DNA of 64,000 bases from Patescibacteria group bacterium (GTDB lineage Bacteria; Patescibacteriota; Patescibacteriia; Patescibacteriales; Patescibacteriaceae). The first letter of the stretch is position 1. Each line of letters begins with the position of its first letter. Made by a program: the position numbers and the translations under genes. Shown piece by piece: positions 1-8,767 of the stretch. The notes beneath the pieces are model-generated. The model had not been told where the DNA came from. It saw nothing but the letters and a program-made list of their open reading frames with translations, and made no database searches. Location of the stretch: positions 50,506-114,505 of the forward strand of contig CP129471.1 of NCBI GenBank assembly GCA_030583705.1, in the 5' to 3' direction.

Positions 1-18
1 AAACATTGATTATAATAA

Positions 19-48
19 AAAGCCGGGTATTTATCCGGCTTTGTTTAC
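19..48. terminator. GC-rich hairpin (aagccgggtatttatccggcttt) followed by T-run; probable intrinsic terminator
   Basis: Inverted repeat ccggg-N-cccgg flanked by A/T runs, seen directly. Confidence 0.4.
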
Positions 49-72
49 TTAGAATCTTTGAACCTTTTCATT

Positions 73-387
73 TTATAAGATTCTAAAAATTATTTCATCT
101 TGCTCTTCTCTCATCCATTGGTTTATCTTACGCCTCACATATCTTGCTAATACAGCAGTTGAGAAAATATCAACCTTTGCTTTAAGAGCTCTGCTCATTT
201 TTATTGGTGCTTGGTGGCTTATGCTTCTTAGCGTTGTCTTTACCGCTTTGCCGGGTATTTCTTTGGTATTTTCAAGCTTATCCAATAAATCTTCAACCCT
301 AAAAGGATTACGACTGAAAAAGCTATCCTGTATTGGCAAATTTTTTTCTAATTTTTCTAATTTTTTTAATTCTGATAAATACTCCAT
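73..387 (-). CDS. hypothetical small basic protein (104 aa)
   Basis: ORF with good upstream spacing; no motif recognised. Confidence 0.35.
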   Translation of the reverse strand: MEYLSELKKLEKLEKNLPIQDSFFSRNPFRVEDLLDKLENTKEIPGKAVKTTLRSISHQAPIKMSRALKAKVDIFSTAVLARYVRRKINQWMREEQDEIIFRIL

Positions 388-413
388 TGTAATCTCCTTT
401 TTATTTTTATTTT

Positions 414-1598
414 TTGAAGGAAAATTCTCTTTTTTTATACTCTAACGGAAATCTTAAAATATTTCAAGACCTTATGGTAATGTTTACACACGTATTGCAC
501 TTTCTCGCCATTTTACCTTATTTTATTCTTTATGCTATAATGAAATCATATTATTATTTAAAACCTATGCTTAATCTTCATCGAGTTAAATTTTCAGACG
601 CTTTTAGGCTGGCCTCCGCTTTTGGGCTAGTTGCCTTGATTCTTTTGTTTATTTTCTCTATTAGCGATATTTTACTGATCTTTTTAACCGCCCTTATTTT
701 AGCTATCGCCCTAGATCGTCCGATTGATAAACTGGTTAAAAGAGGAATACCCCATGCGGCATCCGTTATTTTTATCTACCTTACCTTATTACTGGTTCTT
801 AGTCTTTCTCTATATCTTATCCTTCCGCCTTTGGCTTATGAAATAAGGAGTTTTGCTATTAATTTCCCAGTCCATCTGGAAAAACTATCTGTCTTTAGTG
901 ATGACTATTTGGCTTATTCGGATGATGATGTTTCGCAACTCTCTGTTTATATTAAAAATATGTCCGATGTTATGGTTTCCAGTTCTCATACCATCTTTGG
1001 GACAGTCTTTAAGATTTTTGGTGGCGCTGCTTCTTTCCTGGCGTTATTCTTTATCGCTTTATTTCTTAACATACAAAGAGACGGTGTAAGGCATTTTATT
1101 TATAAGTTACTTTCAGGTAAGCGCAGAGCGTTTGCTTCGCAGTTTTTTGATAAAATACAGAGCAGGGTTAGTAGTTGGCTTTGGGGAAAGACGGTTAGTT
1201 CTTTAATTGTTGGTGTTATAATCTTTTTCGGTCTTTTAATAATGGGTACTCCTTACGCTGTTACTTTGGCTATTTTAGCAGTGCTACTTAACTTCATACC
1301 TTTTGCCGGTCCGGCAGTAGCTGCCATTCCCGCTATTTTATTATCCTTTATTATTTCTCCTTTTCACGCTTTAGCCGCTGCCCTTTTATATTTTGTGGCT
1401 AACGGGATTATTGAGAGCTTTGTAATAGTCCCGCTCTTTATGAAAAAGGCGATTAAGATGAATCCCGCTCTTTTGATTCTGTTTGTTCTGATTGGTGGGA
1501 AGTTGGGTGGTTTACTTGGTATTATAATTTCCATACCATTAGCGGCTATTGTTTTTCTGATTATTGAAGAATATCTCGGGAAAGATGTTAGTGATTAA
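414..1598 (+). CDS. AI-2E family (PerM/UPF0118) transporter
   Basis: 8-TM protein; central 'ILAIALDRPIDKLVKRGIPHAASVIF' and C-terminal 'IISIPLAAIVFLIIEEY' resemble AI-2E family signatures. Confidence 0.65.
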   Translation: MKENSLFLYSNGNLKIFQDLMVMFTHVLHFLAILPYFILYAIMKSYYYLKPMLNLHRVKFSDAFRLASAFGLVALILLFIFSISDILLIFLTALILAIALDRPIDKLVKRGIPHAASVIFIYLTLLLVLSLSLYLILPPLAYEIRSFAINFPVHLEKLSVFSDDYLAYSDDDVSQLSVYIKNMSDVMVSSSHTIFGTVFKIFGGAASFLALFFIALFLNIQRDGVRHFIYKLLSGKRRAFASQFFDKIQSRVSSWLWGKTVSSLIVGVIIFFGLLIMGTPYAVTLAILAVLLNFIPFAGPAVAAIPAILLSFIISPFHALAAALLYFVANGIIESFVIVPLFMKKAIKMNPALLILFVLIGGKLGGLLGIIISIPLAAIVFLIIEEYLGKDVSD

Positions 1599-1652
1599 TT
1601 TAAGTCTTATAATATAATTATAATTATAATTTAATGTTTAGTGTTTTAAAAA

Positions 1653-1680
1653 AATCGGATTAATGATCCGATTTTTTTAA
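1653..1680. terminator. bidirectional hairpin terminator (atcggat..atccgat + T/A runs)
   Basis: Perfect inverted repeat flanked by A-run and T-run. Confidence 0.4.
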
Positions 1681-1969
1681 CCTTGTTTAATTTTTACTTC
1701 TTACTGCTTAAGAGCAATATCAAATAGGGAAAGCATAACTATAGCAGTTACGATAATCCCTGCTAAAAAACCAGACAAGGAAGATGCAATAACTTTACCC
1801 AACTTATGTCTGAACTTTCTGCTCTCGTTAGAGTAGAAGTCAGCGGCAATTTTTGCTACGACCATATATTTAAAATTAATAAAAATTATACCCTTATTAT
1901 ATCATTTTTAATTTAGACACGCAAGAGCCTTGGCTGATTTTTAGAAAAATGGTATAATTTGTTATATAA

Positions 1970-2977
1970 TTGATGTATTTTATGAATCATATTAAGCCTC
2001 TAAGAAAAAAGTATCATGGACAAACAGCCGGCTCTCTTATGACCTTAAGAGTTCCGATTTTTGACGTTGATTACAAGATAGCAGATATTCATAGCTTCTT
2101 GTCTAAACATTGGAAAAAATACGATAGCTTAGTCTATGTCTATTTTATTGATAATAACCATTACCTTAAAGGCGTTATGTCGGTTAAAGAAATTTTCCGT
2201 CATAACCTCTCTCGTTCGGTGGAGTCGGTGATGAATAAAAATACTAAGGGCGTTTTACCTACTACTAATAAAGAACAAGTTGCCCTTATGGCCTTATCTC
2301 ATGGTATTAAAGCCGTACCAGTGGTTGATGGGCAAAAGAAACTATTAGGCGTAGTTACGATTGATGCCCTTCTAGAAACATTACACGCCGAAGGAGTGGA
2401 GAATCTTTTAAGAGTTGGAGGTGTGGATCATCAAAATATTTATGATAACATTTTTCGTTTATCCATCTGGACTTCGGTTAAGCATCGCCTACCTTGGTTG
2501 TTAATTGGTTTAATGGGAGGTATTGGGGCAGCGGGAATTATTGGCTCTTTTGAGGAAACCTTGGTTAACAATCTAGTTTTAGCCTCTTTTATTCCTTTGG
2601 TAGTCTATATCTCCGCAGCCGTGGGTGCGCAAATGCAGACTTTAATGATTAGAGATATGTCAGTTAATCATAAGCTTAAGTTTTTTAAATATTTCTTTAG
2701 ACAAGGACTAGTGGTTTTAATAATGGGAATAATAATTTCTTTGGTTATGTATTTTTTTGGGAATCTTTGGTATGGACAAGCAATGATTATGGCAGTGATT
2801 AGTGCGGCTATCTTTTGTGCCATGATTTCTTCCTTGTTTATGGGTTTAATCATTCCCTACCTTTTCGGCAAGTTCCGTTTTGATCCCGCTAACGCCAGTG
2901 GCCCGATAGGTACGATTATCCAAGACATCTTAAGTGTAGTGATTTATCTTAGTATTGCTTCAGCGCTTTTGAACTAA
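1970..2977 (+). CDS. mgtE: magnesium transporter MgtE (short form: CBS pair + MgtE membrane domain)
   Basis: CBS-domain region followed by 'RLPWLLIGLMGGIGAAGIIGSFEETL' and a C-terminal TM bundle typical of MgtE. Confidence 0.75.
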   Translation: MMYFMNHIKPLRKKYHGQTAGSLMTLRVPIFDVDYKIADIHSFLSKHWKKYDSLVYVYFIDNNHYLKGVMSVKEIFRHNLSRSVESVMNKNTKGVLPTTNKEQVALMALSHGIKAVPVVDGQKKLLGVVTIDALLETLHAEGVENLLRVGGVDHQNIYDNIFRLSIWTSVKHRLPWLLIGLMGGIGAAGIIGSFEETLVNNLVLASFIPLVVYISAAVGAQMQTLMIRDMSVNHKLKFFKYFFRQGLVVLIMGIIISLVMYFFGNLWYGQAMIMAVISAAIFCAMISSLFMGLIIPYLFGKFRFDPANASGPIGTIIQDILSVVIYLSIASALLN

Positions 2978-3075
2978 AGAGATTAGATTAAGAGCTAATT
3001 AGGTTGGGAACAATTAAATCAAGAAAAATTAAATCAGGAGTAATTAAATTAAAGATAATAAATTAAGAATATAAA

Positions 3076-4296
3076 TTAATTAGAATCTACACCAATCGCC
3101 TCTGAGACGGATTTATAACCGTCTTTTTTAATAAGGTAAGCTAATTCTCGGTTAATTTGAGAAACTACTTGTGGTCCCTGATAGATCATACCGGTTATCA
3201 TCTGCAATAAAGAAGCGCCTGCTCGTATTTTTTCATAAGCGTCTTGTCCGGAAAAAATTCCCCCACAACCGATTATTATAAATTTTTTGCCAGCTAGCTT
3301 ATATATCCTGGCGATTAGCTCGGTGGAAAGTTTAGCTAGAGGCTTGCCACTAAGCCCTCCAACCTCTGGAATAGCTGATGAACCGTTTTTTAACCCCTCT
3401 CTGTTCTTTAGTAGATTAGAACAAATAAAACCGGTTAGGTTATAGTCTTCGGCTATTTTAATTATTCCTCTAAGATCATCTTCGTCTATTTGGGCGGATA
3501 GTTTTAAGAAAATTGGTTTTTTGAAATTATTATTGTTATTATTATTTTCTTGTGTTTTTGTTCTTTCTCCAAATAAGGCGAACATAAGTTTTTCAAGTCT
3601 TTGAGGTTTTAAGAAACTTTCTCCACCAAAGGCATTAGGACAACTTAGATTAATGGTAAGGTAGTCGCCTAGCTGTGTAGTCATTATTTTCTCATAACTT
3701 ATTTTAAAATCATTTATGGCTTCTTGAGTTTCAGCGTTAGCCTGACAATTAGTAGCTGCTAAACTTAAGCCAATCGGCAAAGAAGATTTTTTGTTCTTTA
3801 TATTTCCAAGAACTCGATCAACGCCTTGTCCATTAAGACCTAAGTTTACAACTAAGCTTTTTAATTTTTTAAGTCGCCAAAGTCTTTTACCGGGATTGCC
3901 GGTACAAGCTTGGGCGGTGATGGAACCTATTTCCGCAAAACCAAAACCAACACTTTGAAGTAAATTAACAAGTACACCGTTTTTATCAAAACCGGCAGCC
4001 AAGCCGATCGGATTTTTAAAGTTTATTCCGCCAATATTTTGTTCAAGGGTTTTATTATGAAAGACAAGAAATTTTGATAATATCTTTTTGGCAATTTTTG
4101 AATTACCTAAAAAGGTCCCAAAGGACATCATAAAATTATGTACCTTTTCTTCGTCAAAAAGAAAGAAGATTGGTTTTATAACTCTAGAGTAAAGCCAAGA
4201 TAAGATAATAATTTTAAGAGGTTGTTGGTATGGGGTTTTCATATAAGGTTTACAAAGATTTAAATAATCTTTGGGGCTATTTGAATAAAAAATCAA
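3076..4296 (-). CDS. pyrD: dihydroorotate dehydrogenase, family-2-like architecture
   Basis: Collinear with E. coli PyrD motifs: NPIGLAAGFDKNG, FGFAEIGSIT, GNPGKRLWRL, GLNGQGVD, GGLSGKPL, IGCGGI; N-terminal hydrophobic extension; active-site motif reads LSCPN (Cys) rather than ISSPN; 7-Asn insertion. Confidence 0.8.
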   Translation of the reverse strand: MIFYSNSPKDYLNLCKPYMKTPYQQPLKIIILSWLYSRVIKPIFFLFDEEKVHNFMMSFGTFLGNSKIAKKILSKFLVFHNKTLEQNIGGINFKNPIGLAAGFDKNGVLVNLLQSVGFGFAEIGSITAQACTGNPGKRLWRLKKLKSLVVNLGLNGQGVDRVLGNIKNKKSSLPIGLSLAATNCQANAETQEAINDFKISYEKIMTTQLGDYLTINLSCPNAFGGESFLKPQRLEKLMFALFGERTKTQENNNNNNNFKKPIFLKLSAQIDEDDLRGIIKIAEDYNLTGFICSNLLKNREGLKNGSSAIPEVGGLSGKPLAKLSTELIARIYKLAGKKFIIIGCGGIFSGQDAYEKIRAGASLLQMITGMIYQGPQVVSQINRELAYLIKKDGYKSVSEAIGVDSN

Positions 4297-4335
4297 GGAA
4301 TTATTATTAAGAGATTTTTACTTTTTTGTCTATAT

Positions 4336-5508
4336 ATGTTAGTATATATTTGTTATTTAATCAACTATTTTAATTATATGCCATTTTTTAAAAAATCCTC
4401 TATTAAAACTATTATTAACCCTAAAAGAGGATTTACTTTAATAGAGTTATTGGTAGTTATAGCCGTTATCGGGATTGTTTCAACTCTGGCTGTGGTGGCT
4501 TTAAATAATTCAAGAGCTAGTGCCAGAGACGCTAAGAGAATTTCCGACTTAAGACAAATTTCCTCAGCCCTTGAGCTTTATTATGCTAATAACCAACAAT
4601 ACCCGGCCTCTCTTAATTTTGGTGAGCCTTTGTCTGATGGAGAATTTGTCTACATGGAAAGCTTACCCAGTAACCCAACTCCTCGTACAGACGGTAATTG
4701 CCCTGATCTTGATTATTCCTACTATTCTTTGGGTAATGATTATTCCATTACGACTTGTTTGGGTTCACCTACACAACAAGCCAGTGTTTCAGCTTCACCT
4801 AGCTTTTCTTTGTCTTCTGCCGGAGATTTTCTTTGCGGGCAAATGATTTTTGATAGAGATGGTTATAATTATCCAACAGTACAGATTGGAGGGCAATGTT
4901 GGTTGGCCGAGAACTTAAAAACCAAAACCAAGGCTAATGGTGTTGCTTTAAGTAATCTATATAACGGTTCGGAAAGAGATTGTATAGCCTTGGGTGATGT
5001 AAGGGGTACGGAAGAAGATTGTTCGGCCGGTTATACTCTTTATTCTTGGGCAGCGTCTATGGACTTTGCTCCTTCTTGTAATTTAAACGATTGCCAAGCC
5101 AGTATTACTAGTCCGCACCAAGGTATTTGTCCAGATGGTTGGCATCTGCCGACAGATGATGAATGGCATACCTTGGAAATGTTTTTAAAGGATCCTGCTT
5201 CTACTTGTAACCCAACTCGTCCTGCTCATTGGCAATGTGGACCAGCTGGCGATAAGATGAAAGTTGGCGGTTCCGCTGGTTTTAACGGTATTATGGCTGG
5301 CAAAAGAGATACATTAGGGGATACTTTTGCTGCCAGACGAGAAGGAGCTCATTTTTGGTCTGCCAGCCAAAAACCAGATGATCCGCAAAACGGTGCTTTT
5401 CTTCGTTTAATGTGGCGTTCGGAAACCGGTGGTTGGGTTACTAATACGGTTGGTAGGACTGGTTTTGAAAAAAGAGACGGCTTATCTGTTCGTTGTGTTA
5501 AAAACTAG
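4336..5508 (+). CDS. secreted prepilin-type N-terminal domain fused to Cys-rich FISUMP-like domain (likely start at M 4378)
   Basis: Class III signal 'KRG|FTLIELLVVIAVIG', pilin alpha-1 helix and D-region 'DGNCPD..TCLGSP', then 'GGQCWLAENL', 'YSW', 'CPDGWHLPTDDEW', 'VRCVKN' (Fibrobacter succinogenes major paralogous domain pattern). Confidence 0.7.
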   Translation: MLVYICYLINYFNYMPFFKKSSIKTIINPKRGFTLIELLVVIAVIGIVSTLAVVALNNSRASARDAKRISDLRQISSALELYYANNQQYPASLNFGEPLSDGEFVYMESLPSNPTPRTDGNCPDLDYSYYSLGNDYSITTCLGSPTQQASVSASPSFSLSSAGDFLCGQMIFDRDGYNYPTVQIGGQCWLAENLKTKTKANGVALSNLYNGSERDCIALGDVRGTEEDCSAGYTLYSWAASMDFAPSCNLNDCQASITSPHQGICPDGWHLPTDDEWHTLEMFLKDPASTCNPTRPAHWQCGPAGDKMKVGGSAGFNGIMAGKRDTLGDTFAARREGAHFWSASQKPDDPQNGAFLRLMWRSETGGWVTNTVGRTGFEKRDGLSVRCVKN

Positions 5509-5527
5509 AGATTATTTTCTTTAGAGA

Positions 5528-5953
5528 TTATTTCCTACTATTTTGATTAATTAAAACTCCCAAGAAAGTTATTACCAAAATAATATTTTTTATAATATAC
5601 TGCCCGAAAAAGCTAGGTACTAAAGGAGCGTCCCAAGCGCTTTTTGGCAAAAGAACAAGAGGTCCGGTGGTGGTAATAATGTGAATTATAAAAAGGTAGG
5701 TTACAAACTTCGTCATTTTTGGTATTAAGAACAATATACCAATAATAACTTCAAAAAAACCATAAAGGATAAGAAAGAGGTTAAAGTCCATTATGTTTAT
5801 AGTGGCGTAAAAAAGCTCTTCTACTGCTCCCTCGGCCGGGGATACTCCAAAGATCTTTAAGGCTCCAAACCAAATATAAATCAGAGCCAAACCAACCCTA
5901 GCGGCTTTTTCATAATGAGAAAAATTAAGTTTTTTAATTATTTTTTCCAGCAT
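5528..5953 (-). CDS. DoxX/YkgB (DUF417)-like small membrane protein
   Basis: 4 TM; 'RVGLALIYIWFGALKIFG' resembles DUF417/DoxX N-terminal motif. Confidence 0.4.
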   Translation of the reverse strand: MLEKIIKKLNFSHYEKAARVGLALIYIWFGALKIFGVSPAEGAVEELFYATINIMDFNLFLILYGFFEVIIGILFLIPKMTKFVTYLFIIHIITTTGPLVLLPKSAWDAPLVPSFFGQYIIKNIILVITFLGVLINQNSRK

Positions 5954-6117
5954 ATTTTTAACATCTTAGTTTAGTATTATTAGCTACTGTCTATTATACA
6001 ACAAACTTTTGTTTGGAGCTATTTTTTAAAAGATATATTAAAGATATATTTATGCGCTTATCTAAGGCTTATTTTTGCTCTGTTTTTTTATTTTAGGCTG
6101 TGCTATAATGGCTTTAT

Positions 6118-6870
6118 ATGAAAACTGCTTATTCTCTTATTACCAAAGACATTATTCTTGATGAGCGGACAGTTAGGCCGCTTAAAGAATATATCTTAAA
6201 GATTAAGGACATGCCGTCCGATGACCGACCTAGGGAGAGGTTGGCTAAGCATGGCCCGTCTTCTTTATCTATTGCCGAATTAATGGCAATTATTTTAGGT
6301 AATGGCACTAAAAAAGAAGAGGTTATGGCGATGACCGCCAGAATAGTTAAAGAATATGGAGAGAAAGCTTTATCTAATCAGCAAAAGCCTAAGGTTTTGG
6401 CTGAAGAGTTGGATATACCCCTTGGTAAAGCTATGCAAATAGTAGCTTGTGCTGAACTTGGACGACGCTTTTTTGATAAACCGAGCCATGGTCCGGTGGT
6501 AATAAGAACTGCTAAGGATGTTTATGACTATTTAATAGATCTTCGTAATTTACCAAAAGAACATTTACGAGGTCTTTATCTTAACACTCACCATCGTTTA
6601 ATCCATGATGAAATTATTTCCATTGGTACAATTAACAGTAATCTAATTCATCCAAGAGAAGTCTTTAAACCGGCAGTGGAGTACGGGGCAGCGGCAGTGG
6701 TTTTAGCACATAACCATCCTTCCGGTATAGTAACTCCCAGTAAGGCGGATATAGAGATAACCAATCATGTAATTGCTGCTGGGGAGATTATTGGTATACC
6801 ATTAGTTGATCATGTTATTATTGGTCCAGATTCCTTTGCCAGTATAGAGGCGGATTATCGTCAAGCCTAA
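6118..6870 (+). CDS. radC: RadC-like JAB/MPN domain protein (UPF0758)
   Basis: JAMM motif 'HNHPSG..PS..D' (AVVLAHNHPSGIVTPSKADIEIT) and HhH-like N-terminal region. Confidence 0.75.
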   Translation: MKTAYSLITKDIILDERTVRPLKEYILKIKDMPSDDRPRERLAKHGPSSLSIAELMAIILGNGTKKEEVMAMTARIVKEYGEKALSNQQKPKVLAEELDIPLGKAMQIVACAELGRRFFDKPSHGPVVIRTAKDVYDYLIDLRNLPKEHLRGLYLNTHHRLIHDEIISIGTINSNLIHPREVFKPAVEYGAAAVVLAHNHPSGIVTPSKADIEITNHVIAAGEIIGIPLVDHVIIGPDSFASIEADYRQA

Positions 6871-6935
6871 AATAAACTTAAAGTACTATTGTTATTTTAA
6901 ACTCTCCAAAGCTTATTTAATTTAAAATTAAAATT

Positions 6936-7184
6936 ATGCGCCAGTATCTAATACAAGCGCCCTTCACCTCCATACCTACTAGTTTTACCCAAGGTCTTTT
7001 ATTAAGAGACGATCCTTCAGATATTTCTTCAAATGAAAGACATTTTTATGATCTTTATCATTTGTTTTTAAATAAGTTTGCACGTTTAACCTATAATGCC
7101 TCCTTAAAAGACGAAGAAGCCGAAATCTTAAAAGAAATGCTTAAAGATGTTCTTGAAGCCAAGAAGAGATTAGAAAGAGATTAA
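6936..7184 (+). CDS. hypothetical protein (82 aa)
   Basis: ORF only. Confidence 0.25.
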   Translation: MRQYLIQAPFTSIPTSFTQGLLLRDDPSDISSNERHFYDLYHLFLNKFARLTYNASLKDEEAEILKEMLKDVLEAKKRLERD

Positions 7185-7289
7185 GAAAGGCAGTTAAACT
7201 ATAATTTACTTTAAAATATATTGCCTAAAAAAATATTTTCATATATAATTGAATTTGTTTATTTTTAATATAGTTATTTTTTAAAACAT

Positions 7290-7769
7290 ATGAATGAAGA
7301 AAAAGAAGTAAAAGAAGTTTCAAATCCTGATTCTTCGTCTCGTTTTTTAATGTGGTTATTTGTGGCTTTAGTGCCAGCGGTGGTTATTGTCTATGCCGTT
7401 ATGAATCGTCCCAAACCGCAAGATCAGCTTTTGGTTGCAAATAGCAATGAACAAAATGTTATTACTGAAGAAAAATATCGGGATGGTAGATATGAGGTAA
7501 TTGGTGAATACATTGCTCCAAGCGGACTTGAACAAATTAATGTTTCTGTAGTGTTAAATGATGGAGTTATTACTGAGTCTGAAGTAGGGGCTTTATCCGG
7601 TCATCCGGTTTCTCTTAAATTACAAGAAGCTTTTATCGGTGGACATAATGAAGAAGTGGTTGGTAGAAACATTGATGAAGTTAATTTGGGTGTTATTGCC
7701 GGTTCTTCCTTAACTCCTCGTGGTTTTAATGATGCTTTGGAAAAGATTAAAGCTGAAGCTGCTTTGTAA
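7290..7769 (+). CDS. membrane-anchored FMN-binding (NqrC/RnfG-like FMN_bind) domain protein; candidate flavinylation site Thr in 'AGSSLTP'
   Basis: N-terminal single TM; 'RYEVIGEYIAPSGLEQINVSVVLNDGVITESEV' matches FMN_bind core pattern; C-terminal 'VNLGVIAGSSLTPRGF' aligns with the 'VDAVSGATxTS' flavinylation segment; sits immediately upstream of apbE. Confidence 0.45.
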   Translation: MNEEKEVKEVSNPDSSSRFLMWLFVALVPAVVIVYAVMNRPKPQDQLLVANSNEQNVITEEKYRDGRYEVIGEYIAPSGLEQINVSVVLNDGVITESEVGALSGHPVSLKLQEAFIGGHNEEVVGRNIDEVNLGVIAGSSLTPRGFNDALEKIKAEAAL

Positions 7770-7819
7770 TCATTATTTTTGTATTATTTTTTGCTTATTG
7801 ATTTTTATCTTTTTACTTA

Positions 7820-8701
7820 ATGGAATATTCTTCACATAATTTCTCTGCTATCGGTACTGACTGGACTATTGATCTGCCTTCTAATCTTTCTGCGGCTGAA
7901 CAAAGTTCTTTAGTGGAAAAATTAAAAGACAGACTTGAGCTTTTTGATTTTACTTATTCTCGTTTTAGGGCAGATTCAATTATTACTCTTTGGTCCAAAA
8001 AGGCCGGGCAATATCCTTTACCAGATGATGCCGGGCCTCTTTTGGCTTTATATGAAAAAGTATATTCTTTAACGGATGGCTTAGTTAATCCTTTAATTGG
8101 CAAAACCATTGCTTCGGCCGGTTATGACGCTAATTATTCTTTACGTGCATCTTCTGTTTTAGAAGAAACCCCTTCTTGGGAAGATGTTTTATCTATTGAT
8201 AAAGACTCCATTACTTTTAAAAAACCGGCGATACTTGATTTAGGGGCAGCTGGCAAAGGCTATGCCATTGATCTTTTGTCTGACATATTGACTGAACATG
8301 GGCTTGAATCTTTTATGATTAACGCCGGTGGAGATATTTTTCGTAAGGAAGAAACCGATAGTGTGGTACGGGTTGGCTTAGAAGATCCCCAAGATTCTTC
8401 CAAGGTAATTGGGGTAGCATCTTTACATAACGGCAGTCTTTGTGCCTCAGCCGGTAATCGTCGGGCCTGGCCAGGTTTTCATCATATTATTAACCCGAAA
8501 ACTAAAAAGTCTCCCCAAGATATTATAGCGGTTTGGGTTTCGGCCGAAACAGCCGCTTTAGCGGATATTTTAGCTACTGCTCTTTTCTTTTGTCCCCCAG
8601 AAAAACTTAAGACGACATATGATTTTGAATATGTTATAATTGGAAAAGATCGCTCGGTAAAATATTCCACTAATTTTAAGGGTGAGTTGTTTTTAAAATA
8701 G
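7820..8701 (+). CDS. apbE: FAD:protein FMN transferase ApbE (Ftp)
   Basis: 'YSRFRADSII' N-terminal motif and 'LDLGAAGKGYAIDLL' (GxxGKGYAxD) characteristic of ApbE. Confidence 0.75.
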   Translation: MEYSSHNFSAIGTDWTIDLPSNLSAAEQSSLVEKLKDRLELFDFTYSRFRADSIITLWSKKAGQYPLPDDAGPLLALYEKVYSLTDGLVNPLIGKTIASAGYDANYSLRASSVLEETPSWEDVLSIDKDSITFKKPAILDLGAAGKGYAIDLLSDILTEHGLESFMINAGGDIFRKEETDSVVRVGLEDPQDSSKVIGVASLHNGSLCASAGNRRAWPGFHHIINPKTKKSPQDIIAVWVSAETAALADILATALFFCPPEKLKTTYDFEYVIIGKDRSVKYSTNFKGELFLK

Positions 8702-8767
8702 TTATAATAGTCATAATTTTAAGATTAAGATATTGGTATTCTTAAGGTAATTTCTTAAAAGGTTTTT

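Noticed and set aside
1695-1868. 54-aa minus-strand ORF with C-terminal TM helix downstream of mgtE promoter region
   Set aside because: No RBS or homology support; could be real small protein but unverifiable here
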